Of a DNA stretch of 64,000 nt, positions 38,501 through 53,500 are shown in pieces. The stretch is taken from NCBI GenBank assembly GCA_965285935.1, contig OZ260663.1, forward strand, positions 60,574,001 to 60,638,000, in the 5' to 3' direction. This stretch comes from Ophelia neglecta. Its lineage: Eukaryota. A model generated the notes under the pieces. The model was not told the DNA's origin. It did no database searches and saw nothing but the letters and a program-made list of their open reading frames with translations. Each line of letters starts with the position of its first letter. Position 1 is the stretch's first letter. The position numbers and the translations under genes are program-made.

Positions 38501-41500
38501 AAAAACAGGATATCACAAGGAAAAACACAGGACTGTGTAAACTAGCTTCTACTTGTAATTATCATTTATCCACCACCGACAGCCTTGATGTGATTACCAG
38601 TAAAGGCAGACATACATAACTTAAAGTTTTACCCAATTCACCTATTTCTAGAAATTAAATACATACACTGTAAATGATCTAAGATAGAAAATGCAGTTCT
38701 GATAAAAGACACAGCCTCAGTTAGAGAAAAAGGTTGCGCCGAAGGTATTATCTTCATCTTTATAATCAAAAAGTCTTATAAAGTAACTTTGTTATTCCAA
38801 TACAATACTTCCAACTTTATAATAAAAGTTCATTATTTTCTAAACCTGAAATATAAAAAAAAGTGAGTCTTCTATTAGAACAAATACGGTAGATGCATTA
38901 TGATAAATAACTGACCATTTCACAGTCAAGGGCATATATACCCCAGTTGCCATCTGTCGGAGGGTCTTTTGGTTTTGTTTCAACATAGCCATAGAGATCA
39001 TTGTATTTGTTCCCTTCATGGGTGTGGTACTAAAAAGACATAAAAAGAATCAGATATATAATAAACAAAGCAGTTCTAAGTTCCCATTAATGAGTAAGTA
39101 TCAGTTAATACACTACAGACAGGGCTGTTAGTCAGGACTGCGAGTAGTGTATACTTGTACATGGACATGTTTAATATATTAGAGGCATGTTGCTGTGAAG
39201 CGGCTGGTTGCCATAGTGTAGCTCACATCTGATTCAGTGGTTTGTTGTTTTCAAGCAAGGATCAATGTCACTTGAAAATGTATTTACGCATTATATGATG
39301 CTTCTTCCAAACCACAATGTTGCCCAATATATTTTTTAAGTGTGCAAATGCAAAAAATATTTATGTTAACTAGAGACTGGTCATAATCACAGCTAACTTT
39401 TTTTTTGTTCATTCCAAATATAAGTAAACTCAGTTTCATTGCTGAAGCAATAATTTACACGCATAATAATTCAACTGATTTGTTTAATCAAACCAACAAA
39501 TAATTAATGCAATAAATACAAAATACCATATAATTATGCAATTACCTTTGCTATTTGGCAGCCTTTTGTTCCCATGTCTCCTTGACAACACGTGTAACGG
39601 TTTTCTAATGCACCAGCAACTGTAATATAAATTAATTCATACAATAAATATTTAAATTCTAAGTACTTTTAGCATAAAAATTCAGTGTACATTTATTTTT
39701 GTGACTTAACCTTTTGTACAAACTGCATGTCACAACTACATCCAAGGTCTCAATAAGATGTGCTGCATATGGTTTTTATATCCAATGCATTTCAAAACAC
39801 AAGCTGATGAAATATATGTACACAACACCATTTTGGTAATTTACCTTTGACAAATTTATGTCACCCAAATCACAGTCTCTCAGGTCTCACCAGGATTCAC
39901 ACAAAACAACGTCTACATTTACCTGATTCTTTTATAACATTTAACTGTCTTGAAAATGAAGCTGGACTACATAGTTAGTATCAATTTATTTTGTTTACCA
40001 TCATTTATTAATACCTGTCAATGATGGCAGGGCAGCTTTAAATCTGTTTGTGGATCGTGTTACGAGTTTATTTGTCAAATGTTTTGTACTTAAAGTAGTG
40101 ATAGTTGCTTCCTCGCTCTCAAGTAGTTTACCAGACAATATTCCCCAGCATTATTACTCCAAGAGTACATAATGATTTCTGAGGTCAAAGTGGTTGTTTT
40201 ATGTACCGTAGAGAAGTTAAGGTTGTGTTAGTGGAGGAAGAGGACAAAGCACATTATATAGTTAAATCCCCCCTTTTTTAAGAAAAAAGCTACAATTAAA
40301 TTGACTTTCATTGGCAAAACACAGATTTGTTAAGAACTGGAGGTCCCCAAATGCCGACGAAAATGCAACCCAAAATAAAAAAATTCCGAAATACACAACA
40401 ATAGGAACAATAAGATTTCAAAGGTGTCTTTATTCAAATAGTTATTTTTATAAATAACATGCTAATTAAATAATATTCACCACACATAAACACTAGTTCT
40501 CATTACATTTATTTTTAGTTTACACACTCTGAAAAAGTTTCACAAAATATATTATAACCAAATCTGGGAACATTTATTTATATTTACCAACAGTCCCATT
40601 GTGCTCTATCACCTCTGTCTTAGAATGTTGCTCTACCCCTCCAACTATTTTAACTTCCAACAGGCCTGCAAGATGGTGACAGTCACTCACCCAATAATCT
40701 ATTATTTAGCATCAGCTCAGGATGCTAATAAAACTATGTACTTATATACTTGTACTGTTAAAATATTTTGTCTACAATAAATACATACCAGCTAGGGTTC
40801 GTGCTTATGCTGTCCCAGTATATTTTTTACATATAAATATTGATTGGGTTGCTAAATAAAATAATTTGCAGCTGAATATACTGGAGGGCAACATTTTCAC
40901 AAAATTAAATTGATTCACCCCATTAAAAAAAGCTAGAACGAACACTTCATACTAATATCTGAAGTATTTCATGAGAGCCTTGGCTAGTCCATCATGGCGA
41001 CAGCATTTCAAATCTTCCCTCAGCAATTTACTCAAACCAGGGAGACCCTTGCTTCTGGCAATTTCCTTCAGGTCTTCATACTTGTACCCTGCTCCTGCTA
41101 TAGCACAGGCAATTGCTGAACTACGAACAATGTTGCTATCTACTAGGAGTTGAATAGATGGAAAGCAATCTAGGATATTTTCTGTCCACTTCAAGATGTA
41201 ATCAACAAAATCAGCATTCACAACCCAGCTGTGTCTGCACAAATCTTCTTTTTTCAATTGTGGCATACCTAGGATATCAAGTAATGCCTTGGCATCACTG
41301 ATGCCTTCATGATGTTCATGGGTTCTGGGTCCCCTCGGACATAGTTGGCCGACCAACTCGGGCAGGGCATACGATCTCAGTCCAGGATAAACTTGATACA
41401 TTATGGGCAAGGAATCAGCCATACCAATTACAGCATCACAGAAATCCACATCTAAACCACACTTCTTTAAGGACTTGATCAAAATTGGACAGTCAAATAT

Positions 41501-44500
41501 CTTGCCATTGTGAGCAACAAGCAATGGTTTCAAAGGACAATCTTTGAGCCAATCTATGAACTTCAGGAGACCTTCTTTAAGCTCACAAGTGTCCAACTCT
41601 TCTCCATTCCTCAGCAGCTTTTCCCCAGCAACTTTTATGCCAGTTGCTTTCTCGGCAGATGCCGTCATCTGACAGGTAGGATGGATAAAACAGTTAAAAC
41701 TTTCTTCTGTTCCATCGCTCCGCTTGTAAATGGCCCCTATCTGCACTATTTTGGGGTTAGTGGCTGCAACAAGGGTAAAAACATGGAAATGATGATGCAA
41801 TATTAAGAAATATTAATCATGAAGATCATAACAGTGCACTTGTATTTTTTCCATTATTTTCTAGCAACGAAGTCTGAATGCAGAGGGAGAGGGACGGGAA
41901 AACGCCAGAAATCAAGGGAGTGGGTCCTCAATAAATGACTTCTGAATTTAAGGGCCTTATTCACCCATAGAATTAAAAAATCAGGGGTGATTTTACCACT
42001 CAATTTACCAAATAAAGGTTTAGTGGTCAGATTAGGCAATATGGCCTCACTTTATGCCTGTTTCTAAGTGAAAATTGTACATATCCAGGTGACTGAATTT
42101 ACACAGGCCAAGGGTAAAAAGTATTCAATACAGCAAGGGATTTAATTGAATTAATTATGGTTACATGTTATTCATAATACCCCTAGACTGTCGGAAATTA
42201 AAGTGAGGGCAGAAATTGAAATAAAAACTTGATTTCTTACGCATTAAGCCAGTTCCTTCTAGATCTAAGGCTACAACCGTGAAAGAGTCCGTCGTAGGCA
42301 CCGGCAGGTAGTTTGGTTGATTACTGCAAGCCATTATGTGGTTGACGAAAATATCTCAGATAGAATTAATATCAAACCATTACCCAGGAGAGACCTTCAT
42401 AAATAGCAGATGTTTGAAATGACTCTATTAGACTTCTAGAAATGCTTGCAACAGCAAAGGGAACTTTTTACCCTGGTAACTTGCTGATTGGTTGCGAGGT
42501 CTTTCACCAGAGGCAATTGAATAAACATTGAAAAGCGTCACTGCTTGATTTGCCAGAAAGTGAAATTCATGGAAATATTCATAATGTCAAGGGATGATTT
42601 TTTTTCACTCCCATACATGGAGACAATAAGATCTTTCTTACTTGCTTGAACACAAATATTCTGGAGTGTAACCAATATAACATTTAGCTATAAAATTTCC
42701 TTATATTTAATAGTGTGCTAATATATTCCATACAAACAATAATGCCCCAACTACACTTGTTGAGTATAGAACTGTGGTAACTGGAAAGTAGGAATATGTA
42801 TACTCTATAATACAAGTACATTTAATGATTACACTTGTAAAAAGGACTATTTGTGATCATGAATCTTATGAGCTCTGAAATAAAATCTCCAAACAGAAAG
42901 CTGATTATACCGGCTTATCACTGCATGCTTAGGGGCTTTCTGCCACATTGGTTTTTAAACTTTATTGCTAATTTGTTAATCATAAATGGTTATTTAACAA
43001 TGATAAAATCATATTGCAAAGTTAAAACACATATAATTATACCAGGGGCCTGTGCTAAATGGTCTAGATTGTTTTTGTACATTCTAATGTGCATAATTAT
43101 GTGCTAGATGAATTTAACACCATTGTAAATGGAGATATTGTGCTCTAAATGCTTTTTAATTAAGTATTCAAACTGCAATGTTCATATAGGTATATATATA
43201 TAGCAGGCCCAAGGCGACATTTGCTCTTGATTGACATGAAGAGTCGATTTTTTTCATTTGCATTTAATGTGTAGTGTACAGTCTGAAGAAATCATGCAGA
43301 GCTGTACTTTGCTTTTTATGCCCAAGTTTGTAAGGAGGAATTGTATGAGAGTAAACACTGTGATCAACAAAGGGTGCAAGGTATATGAAACCAACTACCG
43401 GGGTATAAAACTAGTAAAACAGGAAAGCATGGTGAAAGCTGTGTACAAAATTTATTGAACAGTAAATGTTGAACATTCATAGACTTACATCAAACACTAA
43501 GGAAAATAGCATTACAGAAAAACAGCAAGTATATATGTATTCACAATAGTCTAGACCTTCGATATACTCATGTAGTTGATAAGGAAACACAATAGAAATA
43601 CAACACAGGTTGAGACAGTCCATGGGTGGTGTACTATTGTCACAATTCAAAGTTCAATGAGACTTGTACAAGCAGCCAGAGAAATGTGATGACTACGAGG
43701 TATAGAATGTCAAATTTTTATTATTGCTTTGAAATTAGCATGATATTGATTATATCTCTTTCGAGAATTTCACAATACAAACTGGAATGTTCATTTATAT
43801 TATATTCTTCTAGTCAAATGCATTTGATATTTGGTGTGAAAGCACTGTAAGCTATTATTGGAAAAGCACTATATAAATGTTTTAAAACAAATAAAATAAA
43901 TAAGTTTAAAAACTGGTATTGATGCCAAGGGCTACTTTTTAGTTAATACAAACTTTTTAATACCGGTAGTAGGAATATCACAATCAATTTTTTGGGACAG
44001 AAAAAAACATGGAAAATTGCTTTAATTCTGAGACCATTGGTAAGTATGAGGCAAGCGATATTTCAAAGAAAAGCAAAGTCATAGGAAAAAATAGCGAATC
44101 ATTTTTATATTCACTTGAAGTATCTCACAAGGGCTCTAGCAAGTCCATCATTACGGCAACATTTCAAATCAACCATCAGCAGTTTTCTGATCCCTGAGAG
44201 ACCCCTGTTTAGAGTTAAATTCTTTAGGTCCTCAAATTTGTACCCCGCTCCTGATATTGCTGCAGATATAGCTGAACTTCGGATGATGTTGATCGTACAG
44301 AGGAGTTGGATTGATGGGTAGCATTGTCGAATATTGTCAGTCCATTTCATGATGTAGTCCACAAAGCTGGAGGAGACCTGCCAGCTATGACTACATAGAG
44401 CCTCTTTATTGGCTTTAGGTGCTTGTAACAAACCCAATAAGGTTTTAGCATCACTCAAGCCCTCATGCATGTCACGTGCAATCCATTCTGTCGAAATCAT

Positions 44501-47500
44501 TGGTCGTAGATCCGAGGCTATATCATCAAGACAATATGACTCGTGGCCTGGATAAATATCTCTCACCATGGTAAGGGAATCGGCCATACCAGTGATGGCC
44601 TGACAAAATTCAGTATCTAGTCCATGAATCTTGATGGACCTGATCAAAACAGGACAGTCATACATCGTACAATTGTGTGCCACAAGCAATGGTTTCAATG
44701 GGCAATCCTTTAGCCACTTGACGAATTTCTCGAGGCCTTCTTTAGGCGTACAGGTATCCAGTTCTTTTCCGTTACGAAGCAACTTGTCAGCAGTCACCTT
44801 GAACCCTGTGACTCTCTCAGCCTGTGCTGACATCTTACAGGGAGGATGAATGTAGCAACTAAAACTTGTCTCTGTCTGATCATTTTGCTTGTAGACAGCA
44901 GCAATCTGTATGATCTCTGGGTTGGTTGCTGCAAGAAAACATATTTTTGTTATTCATCCTGAAATATACCTATCAAATGTGGGAAAATTGGTTAATGTAT
45001 GAATGCTGGGACTAATACATTGTACAGCAGTGATATGTTCCTGGCATGCTAAAATAAACATCCTAAGTTGTTAAGTAGTACAGAAAGGTTATCATATCTT
45101 ATTACCTAGGATATCATATCATACTTTTTTTATAAACAACAATATTAAAGTTGATCTAACTCACCTAGCAAGCCTGTTCCTTCCAGATCAAAGGCTACCA
45201 CTGTAAACGCATTTGACATGGGCACCTTTTCTAAGTTTGGTAAACAGAGGGGAGACATATCGCGGGTTTTATAGCAAGTTCTATCAACAGACTGATTTGA
45301 ACTGAACCTTACCAATCCTACATCAACTAGGGAATGTCACGGACAGACAAGGACAATTGTGTGTACACCACTTCAACAAACAAACATCTGATTCAATTAT
45401 TGATCAATCCCAGAAAAGGCAAGTAATTATACTATCAACATTATAGTAGGCCTATAAACCAGGAGCAAAACTGAATCAAAGATTTATGAAAATTTTACAT
45501 GCTTTAGTTATTGTTCTATACATAATAATCAAACATAGCCTATACACTTTCTGGGAAACCAGAACCAAAACTGAATCAAAGCTTTTTGGAAATTTTATAT
45601 GCTATAGTTATTGTACTATCCATAATGTTTCAACTAGGCCTCTACTCTTTCTGGGAAACCAGAACCAAAACTTCAACCAAGTTTTTGGAAATTTGCCAGC
45701 CTATAAATAATGTGCATTAGATTTTCTTGAAATTGATAAGAACTCAACATTTGGCAAGGCAATCCTTGAAATTCATTGAGAATGAAAAACAGGTACTTCA
45801 AATTGTTCATGGGATTTTTTGGGGACTGGTTTTTTTTAGGATGGAAAAATAAACTGCTGTATTGTTTATTTTCTGCAAAATCAAAATAGGAAAGTAATCC
45901 TTTTTTGATTTTTGATTCTTATTATCTTGACATTGAATGTAAATTTGCTTTCTGGTTTCACTTTCCTAAAAAATAAAGCTCATGATGCTTCTACAATTAA
46001 TATTTTTACTCACTTCTGCGTTTCCATGACTTTCCCCAGTGGTAGTTACATTCTTCTTGCTTGACATATTTACCCTTGTGTGTTATACTGAACATGCCAC
46101 CACAACGACAACATGTCTTTTGAAGAGCTGCAATTATATCAAGTATAGTTTTCAATATGAGGGTAGACACTTATGAAAGCCTTCAATGAATCAATGAATC
46201 CATTATTTCTTAATTTCTTTTTTTTTCTTATTTCACATACACCTTACTCTAGTTTCAAAATAATTAACAAAAACCACAAGTAAAAAGCAAAACAAAACAC
46301 TATAGTGTAACATAATAATTCTATAAATATTAAATTTTAGTTAATTGTTATTTTGTGTCTTTCAACACAATGATATTAAGGGATCCTGCTAGTGACACAA
46401 TGAAGAGAACCCCAGCCAATGTTGCACAATATTAAAAAAATTATACTTCAATGAATTCAATGAGGAAAATTCTTGTGGTACAATATAAACTACTAAGTAG
46501 TGTGAAAATGATTAGGAACACATACGAAGAGCCATATAAATACATACGATCTTTGGGTTCTGGCTTGGCATAGTCAGGTTTTTTTAGAGTGACACTGCCT
46601 GGATTAAGTGGGTCTGGAACTGGGAAGCCATTCTGCACTAGCTGATCAGCTGTCAACACGTAAGTGCTCAGACTCTGGTATAAACCAGCACCTGGCAAAA
46701 ACATTGTCCATTAGAGTAAAGGTATTGTACATATGACAGCACTAATTGGAATGGCACATCCCTATGTTCAGAGGCCTAGAATAAATGTTATGGGCCTCAT
46801 TTGGGTAGCCTTAACTGCTAAGTGTAAACAAGGATATATTAATATTAAATAATCACAATGATATTTATCAAGGTAATACCTTTTTTGTGAGTTTAAGGTG
46901 AATGCCCTATTGATGTGTGACCCTACTTACCACTCAAGTTGTAGCAAGAATAATTTCATATAAAGCTATGACCACACATGCAATAACTGTGTTCCCCACA
47001 CTACAATTATGTTAAGAGGACACTCTTGCCTTGCAAATATCAACATATTTTATTAGTTACACAGTTCTGTACTTACTGGTCAATGGGGCAGCTGATTTGG
47101 TGCCTGTCCCACATCTATGGAGAGTGAAGCTGGTGGAGGCTGCCTTGGCCCCTCCCAGCAGGGCTTCATGGGAGAAGGTACGGGGGTTATGAGGAGTTGC
47201 TCCCTTGGGCTGGTTCTGAGATCCCTCCAGTCTCAGCTTATGTACAGCATTGATAGCTAAGTTGAGGTAGATTTTCTTGGAAATACTGCGACTGTAAACT
47301 GACTTTTCTTCACAAACAGCCTAATGAAATTAAAAGAAATACATATAGAAAGAAATCGGCAGGGGTAAACTAACTTTATGTAGGTAAAGAATTAAACATA
47401 AATATGAACAAATAAAATGAAAGGGTCATTTAACACTTATTTTCATAACAAAATCTGCACAAATTAAGCGATTGGAAATCATCTATTAGCATACAAATGA

Positions 47501-50500
47501 AGTTTTTTCAGTATTTTAATATTCACATGAAAACTTACTCTCTCAAATGCATCTTGATCCAAAGTGTAAATTTTGAGACATTCATCAATGAAATTGTTGA
47601 GATATCTCTGTCTTATGTTAGTTGGCACTTTTCCACTGTTATCTGCCTCTACAATAGGTCTTCTTAGGGCATTCTGAAAACGTATATATGTGACCTGATG
47701 ATTCAATACCAAAATATACCAATAAGTTCTATTTGTTTCTTAATTTTATAGGGATGTCTTTTAAGATGGCTTCCCTAGTAACTTTTCTATAATAACATGA
47801 TTGTTTTACACAGTCATACCCATTGGTTACATACCTTTTGTGGCAAATGAGCAAATCGTTTTCCAGAGGCAGTACTACAGGCAGTTCTTCCATTACTTGT
47901 ACTAGCACCGGATATTAATAGAGAACTAGATTTTTTCTTCAGCAGTCCTGCCCCTAATTTCTTCAGAGCTTGTCCAGACTGTGTGTGGGCCTTACGGGTG
48001 ACCTGGGAAGCTTCTGCTTTCTGAATAGTAAAATGAACATTTAATATAATCTAAACAATAACTCTTACCTATATGTTTGTCAATAGCAATATTCAAATTG
48101 AGGTTTAAGCTAGTTTATCTGCTGCAAGAGGAAAACGAAAAAAAATCACAATTAAACTCAAACATACTTTGCTATAATGATTTAACAGGGACATTGGAGA
48201 CTTATTCCCATCCTCCTGAAATCAACATAAAAAGGGCTTAAGGGACAGTGCACAACAGAAAAAACAGAAACTGACTTTTTTTTTTCTTTTGAACAGCATT
48301 TGTCACATATTATAAGGGTACTATGAATCTGAAAAGTTTGCCACAATAAAGTGGAAGATTTTAGGAGTATCTTGAAATTTCTTAGAAAAAATTCATAGAA
48401 TAACTTACAAGTTGAAATGTTTCCTAAACACAGTATAACATAAGGATGTACGTTGTTTGATATAAAGCAAATTTTTAAAAATGTTCCTAAACAACATTTT
48501 CATACTACAATATCTAGGGTACCGTATTCTTTGTTATATGCTCTCCAGTCTTAATTAGCACCCATGCTCTTTATATTTTGACCCATTTCAAAGAGTTTTG
48601 CAGTTTTAAGCTTAAAACGGTCACACAAATATTTACGCCCCCTGGGCTCTTATCACAGAGAATATGGTATACCTAATTAATATTAACTGACAAATGATCC
48701 TGTACCAGTAAAAATGTTCATGTGGGTTTAAACCTTATCGAATTTTGCAAAAAAAGCACTCAGTCATTAAATCAAAACTCCTGAAATAAAAACTCCACAA
48801 ACTGTCAATTTTTTTTCAAATGCTAATTTAAACCTGCGGGAACATTTTAACCATTACAGTAAACACTGTATGTGATATACTGACTGAGGAGGAGTTTGAG
48901 AGAGCTGGTTGTTCCTTGGCCTTATTTATGGATTCCCATCTGTCTCTCATATCCTTCTGTATGTCACTGAATCTATTCATCATCACTTGGGCAGGGGTGG
49001 GACGAGGCTTTGGTCTATTGATATTTGATGTCTTAATTAGCTGCAATGATACCAAGCATTCAAATACAATCAAAATGTTATATTTTATATAGATGTACAT
49101 TGTATATACAAAAAAAACAATATACAAACAACAAAATCTGGACTTAACAAATGTAGGCCTACAAATTTTGAAATATTACTAAAAACCTCAGGCCTCAGAA
49201 CACATTTTTGGTATCTGTTTTTTTAATAATACCAGATAGTCATAATAAATAATACCCAAAAAGAGTTGATTTTATTGTCAGTCCATTTTTTTACGCATTT
49301 ATATCAAATTGCTGAACACTGAATCATTAGTTTTAAATACAAGCTACCGAGGCCTTGACACTCCAGTTTACTGTAAATATAATAACCAGACAAGACATAG
49401 ACACCATAGAGAAACTCACAGACTGATGATCAGGGTTGTGGGCCACACGTTTATGGACACTTGCTAATGAGGTGCCTTCTCCTTCGGTTAGCACATTGGA
49501 TTTCTGTAAAACACATATTTGATTCCCTTTTTACAAACTGAATTATTTTTCATATACTGTACTATTAAATTATCAAACCATTGCTGTTCCAAAAAGGTGA
49601 TACATATCACACATGAAGGAAATGGCTGGAAATTTTCAAAAAACATGTTCACAACGGTATTTGGACTCCTGTGTTTCGGATACGTCAATAGTAGTAATAT
49701 AAATAAATAAAGCTACAAATAATTCTTAAAGGAACGGTTCTGGCCATATATTAATGTACCTATTCAACTAAAATGGATAGATTACAAAAGTGCATCCCAA
49801 ACAGTGCCTGACAGATTTGATAGAATATAGCCATTTGTAAAGTAAATATATTAAAACATTTCATATTTATTGGTATTACTGATTCATATTAAATATATGT
49901 AGTTAATTAAGGTAAAACTACATTTTTACCAAAACAAATACCTCTTTTTTGTCTAGAGCATAATGTTTCTCCTCTTCATCTGTAAAGTAGTCTAGACATT
50001 CATCAAATGTGCCATCCTGTCCTGGCAGTCCATGGCTAGCCTCCACTTCACTAAACAGCTCTACCCCATCACTCAAACTTAGCTTTGCCTAGCCACATTA
50101 ATAAAATAAACACATACATATAAGCATTGTTGGAATATTTTTAATTTTTAATTAGTAAATTACACTTTAATAGTTATTTCTTCTAGCAAACAGGCAATTA
50201 CTATATAAACAAACCTTAACTGGTACTCTTATGATGGGACACAGGCAGAAAATAATCTGGATGTCACTTTGCTTTTAACAATGTTAAAGATGCAGTACAT
50301 TTGGTTCAAAGTACATGACACTCATTATATTTGAGAGGTATATTTTATACTCTAGAGATCACTGAAGGTCTCTATTGCATTCCTAAATTGATGGAGACTG
50401 CACTGTCAGTAAAAACAATGTGTCATGTTTCTTTTGGTAAGTAATGCAGATCTGAAGCTTATATCTGCCAAAATAGAAGTCAGTAAATTAATCATTGGCT

Positions 50501-53500
50501 ATGAAGTTATGAACATAAAAGGGGTCTCAAGATATAGGGCAAGGATCCCAGTGTTTCCCTAACTCTAAGAAGGGGTTTCTTTTTTAATTTGAGGGAGAGG
50601 GCAAGGTTTCATTTTTATTTCTCAAAATAGGAATCCTGTTTTTTTTAAAAATCAAAGGTACTCTTTATTGGTGGCTTTTTATTGCTGTTATCTTTATTTT
50701 TTTTTGGGGGGGGGGGGAGGAGAGAGTTTACCCTCCTTGAAATAAGATGCAACCAACACCAATAGCCATGGACTTTTTGTCTATGCAATATCACCAATCA
50801 TATGAACATAAATGTAACATATTGAGACTCTTCTGAAAAACACCCACCTCTTGCAAAAACTCCTCCTCCTCAAATGTGCTTGAGGCTACTGAGATGACAT
50901 CATCACTGTCTACTTCCTCCATCTTGACACCAGTCTTAGTGGCAGATCCTGATGCTGGCATTGTAACTACCTTACAACCTTCATCATCACTCTCATCTCC
51001 AAACAAATCAACATGGCTTAAATTCCGCACATATGGTGTCTTTTGACTGGTAGCCTTCGTATTCAGACTTGCAGTTTGTGACGAGTCCTTGGTTGATTTT
51101 GAATGAGAGTTGTGCTTTGATGAGAGGTGTTTTTCTTTGCTCTTTGAGTGCTTGTGACTAGTAACATGATTTGATCTAGACGAGTGGCGGTCATGGGAGG
51201 AGCTTTTGTCTTTGCCAGGTGTCTTCGAGTCAGATGAGTGTCTCCTGCTCGAGGAAGAGCTATGTTTGCTTGACTTGGAGCTGTGATGATGTGTGTGCTT
51301 TGAATGGTGGCTGTCTTTGTCTTTAGAGTGTTTATGATGAGAAGAATTCCTTCTTGAGTCTTTGGAATGACTTTTGTCCCTGTCTTTATCACTTTTGCTA
51401 GATTTATGTCTAGAGTGTCCTGTGGATTTATTTTCTTTTTCACTGTCTTTTCCATGGTCTTTAGAATGTCTTTCATTTTTCACTTTGGAATCCACTTCAC
51501 CATTCTTGTTTTCTTCTTTGGGCACATTTTGACTGTTCTCAGACCGTTCTTCTTCTGAACTGATAATAACTAAATCATCATCAGGATTGCTCTCAGCTAT
51601 TACAGCATTTTTGGGGGGGATTTCACTAAATTTGCTTTCCACAGCTGAGGTACATGTCGATTTTTCATCATTTGTTGCTCTGTCATTCTTTTTGGCCAGA
51701 ACTGATTCAAAAGCAGTATTGTGGGATTTTCCACCATCAATAACTGGCTCTTTGGCTAAAGTTACAGTATTTTCAGCTTCTGCTATAGCGTTTGACAGTT
51801 TATGTTCACTGTCTGACTTTGTAGCCTGATCCACTGGCTGTGTGAGATCCTCTTCACTGTCACTGAAAGTAGCCTCAATAGGATTGTTATCTACAGGTAT
51901 AATATCCTCAGTCTTCTGTTTCTTTGAACTGGTCTGCTCCTGCTCCTCAGGGTGATGTCTTTTGAATGTAGCTTCTGAGGTGAGTAGTGTTATTCTTTCT
52001 GCATGCTCTGTCACCCAATCTGGATCAGGTCTTGTAGAATAATTTGACTTGGGGTCATATTCTAGGTCTGTTTCACGCTCTTTGGCTGAGTGTTTGTGAT
52101 TTACAGAACCAGGATTTTTTTTCTTCAGTACTGTAATAGGTGTAGGTTTGTACTGTGGTGGTGCACTTGGCTTTGCAGTAGGTTTATACTTTGGCGCAGC
52201 AGGTAACGTACATCTTGTGATTTCAGCGGGCTTGGAAATAGGAGTAGGACAATATGTGGCATTTTGTCTGTTGAGTTTTGTCTCAGGCAGGGAAACCACT
52301 GGAGAGTAGCCAAGGTGAGCTTTGTCCCTGTCTATGTCTATTTGCACCTGCTTGATGGCATCGCCCACCATGTTAAGGAGGGATGACTTTCTGGAGCCAG
52401 ACGGCCTAGAGATAGTAACGGGGAGTCCACGATGCCCAGGAACCTCGGATGGTAAAGTGACATTCCGAGATAGAACCGACTCTGGGGAGAAAAAGAGGTA
52501 CAGGGAATCACTTGAGGATTTCAGGAATAAATTCAGGTTATCATATCTATATTTAAATTGTTTTAACCATAAATCATCAAGCAACACATTTTCAGCTTTG
52601 CTTGAGAAAGCTACTGGAACACTTTTTTGCCATACATTTTTAAATTCATTGTATTGCAAGCTATAGACTACCCATTAGCCCTTTAAACATGAAATACCTA
52701 TACAGATTCTGCAAGCCCTTCTTATACAAATTAATATTTTGGGAAAAAGTTAATAAATGAAAGTGACAGGATTATTTGTGTCAGTATTGTTGTTCATAAA
52801 TATGGACCAGTGACTTAAAATGGTCTTCCCTGCAGCTCACACAGACACTTCTATGGCTTATATTGGTACTTTTAATCTATGTTGAAGGATAAATCATATT
52901 TTTCCTAAATGTGTATACACATTATTGAGCCTAAGGGGGTTGACTATTGTCCAGTCATATGCTTCTCATTGTTCATGTTTACTAGCTGTACTACAACTAT
53001 CAAAATAGCTACTCTAATAAATCTCTGACCACCAAAGTGTGGCGGAGTGGTTAGAGTGTCCGCCTCGCAAGTGGTAGACCGGGGTTCGAATCCATATTGC
53101 GTCAAACCCAAGAGGTAAAAGTAGGTACTGATGGCTCCCCTGCCAGGCGCTCGCTTATCGGGGGTGATATCAGCACTGGTCAACCATGGTGTCACTATAA
53201 TGTGACTGGGTGGGGTTACCTGTCTTGTGTCTATGGTAGGTACTCCCTTGAGGCAGCACTCTAAAGAGGGCAATGAAAAAAAACCAAACCCCTTTAAATC
53301 TCTGAATCAGCCATTAAGGTCTTTTTATCAGTATAAGAAATACATTTCCTATAAAGCAAGTATTTTCTCAGACTGTCTTCCGTTTTACCCCATTTTGGTG
53401 CAGCTGAAGTGCAGAAACGCCTTTCAGTTAAACATGATTAATGATGAGATAGTGGGTGGTAAGTAATTTTGTCACCTTATAGGTAAGCCGCCTTCAAGCT

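Noticed and set aside
40952-45258. Nested nucleases as processed pseudogenes or duplicated exons of REXO1
   Set aside because: They have different motif signatures, their own introns and intact frames.
50791-52659. Stand-alone 622-aa Ser/Lys/His-rich protein
   Set aside because: It is REXO1 exon 2 (52481-50848) with intronic read-through at both ends.
53030-53105. tRNA gene
   Set aside because: A/B boxes are present, but the acceptor stem does not close and a SINE body follows. The same applies at 27544.
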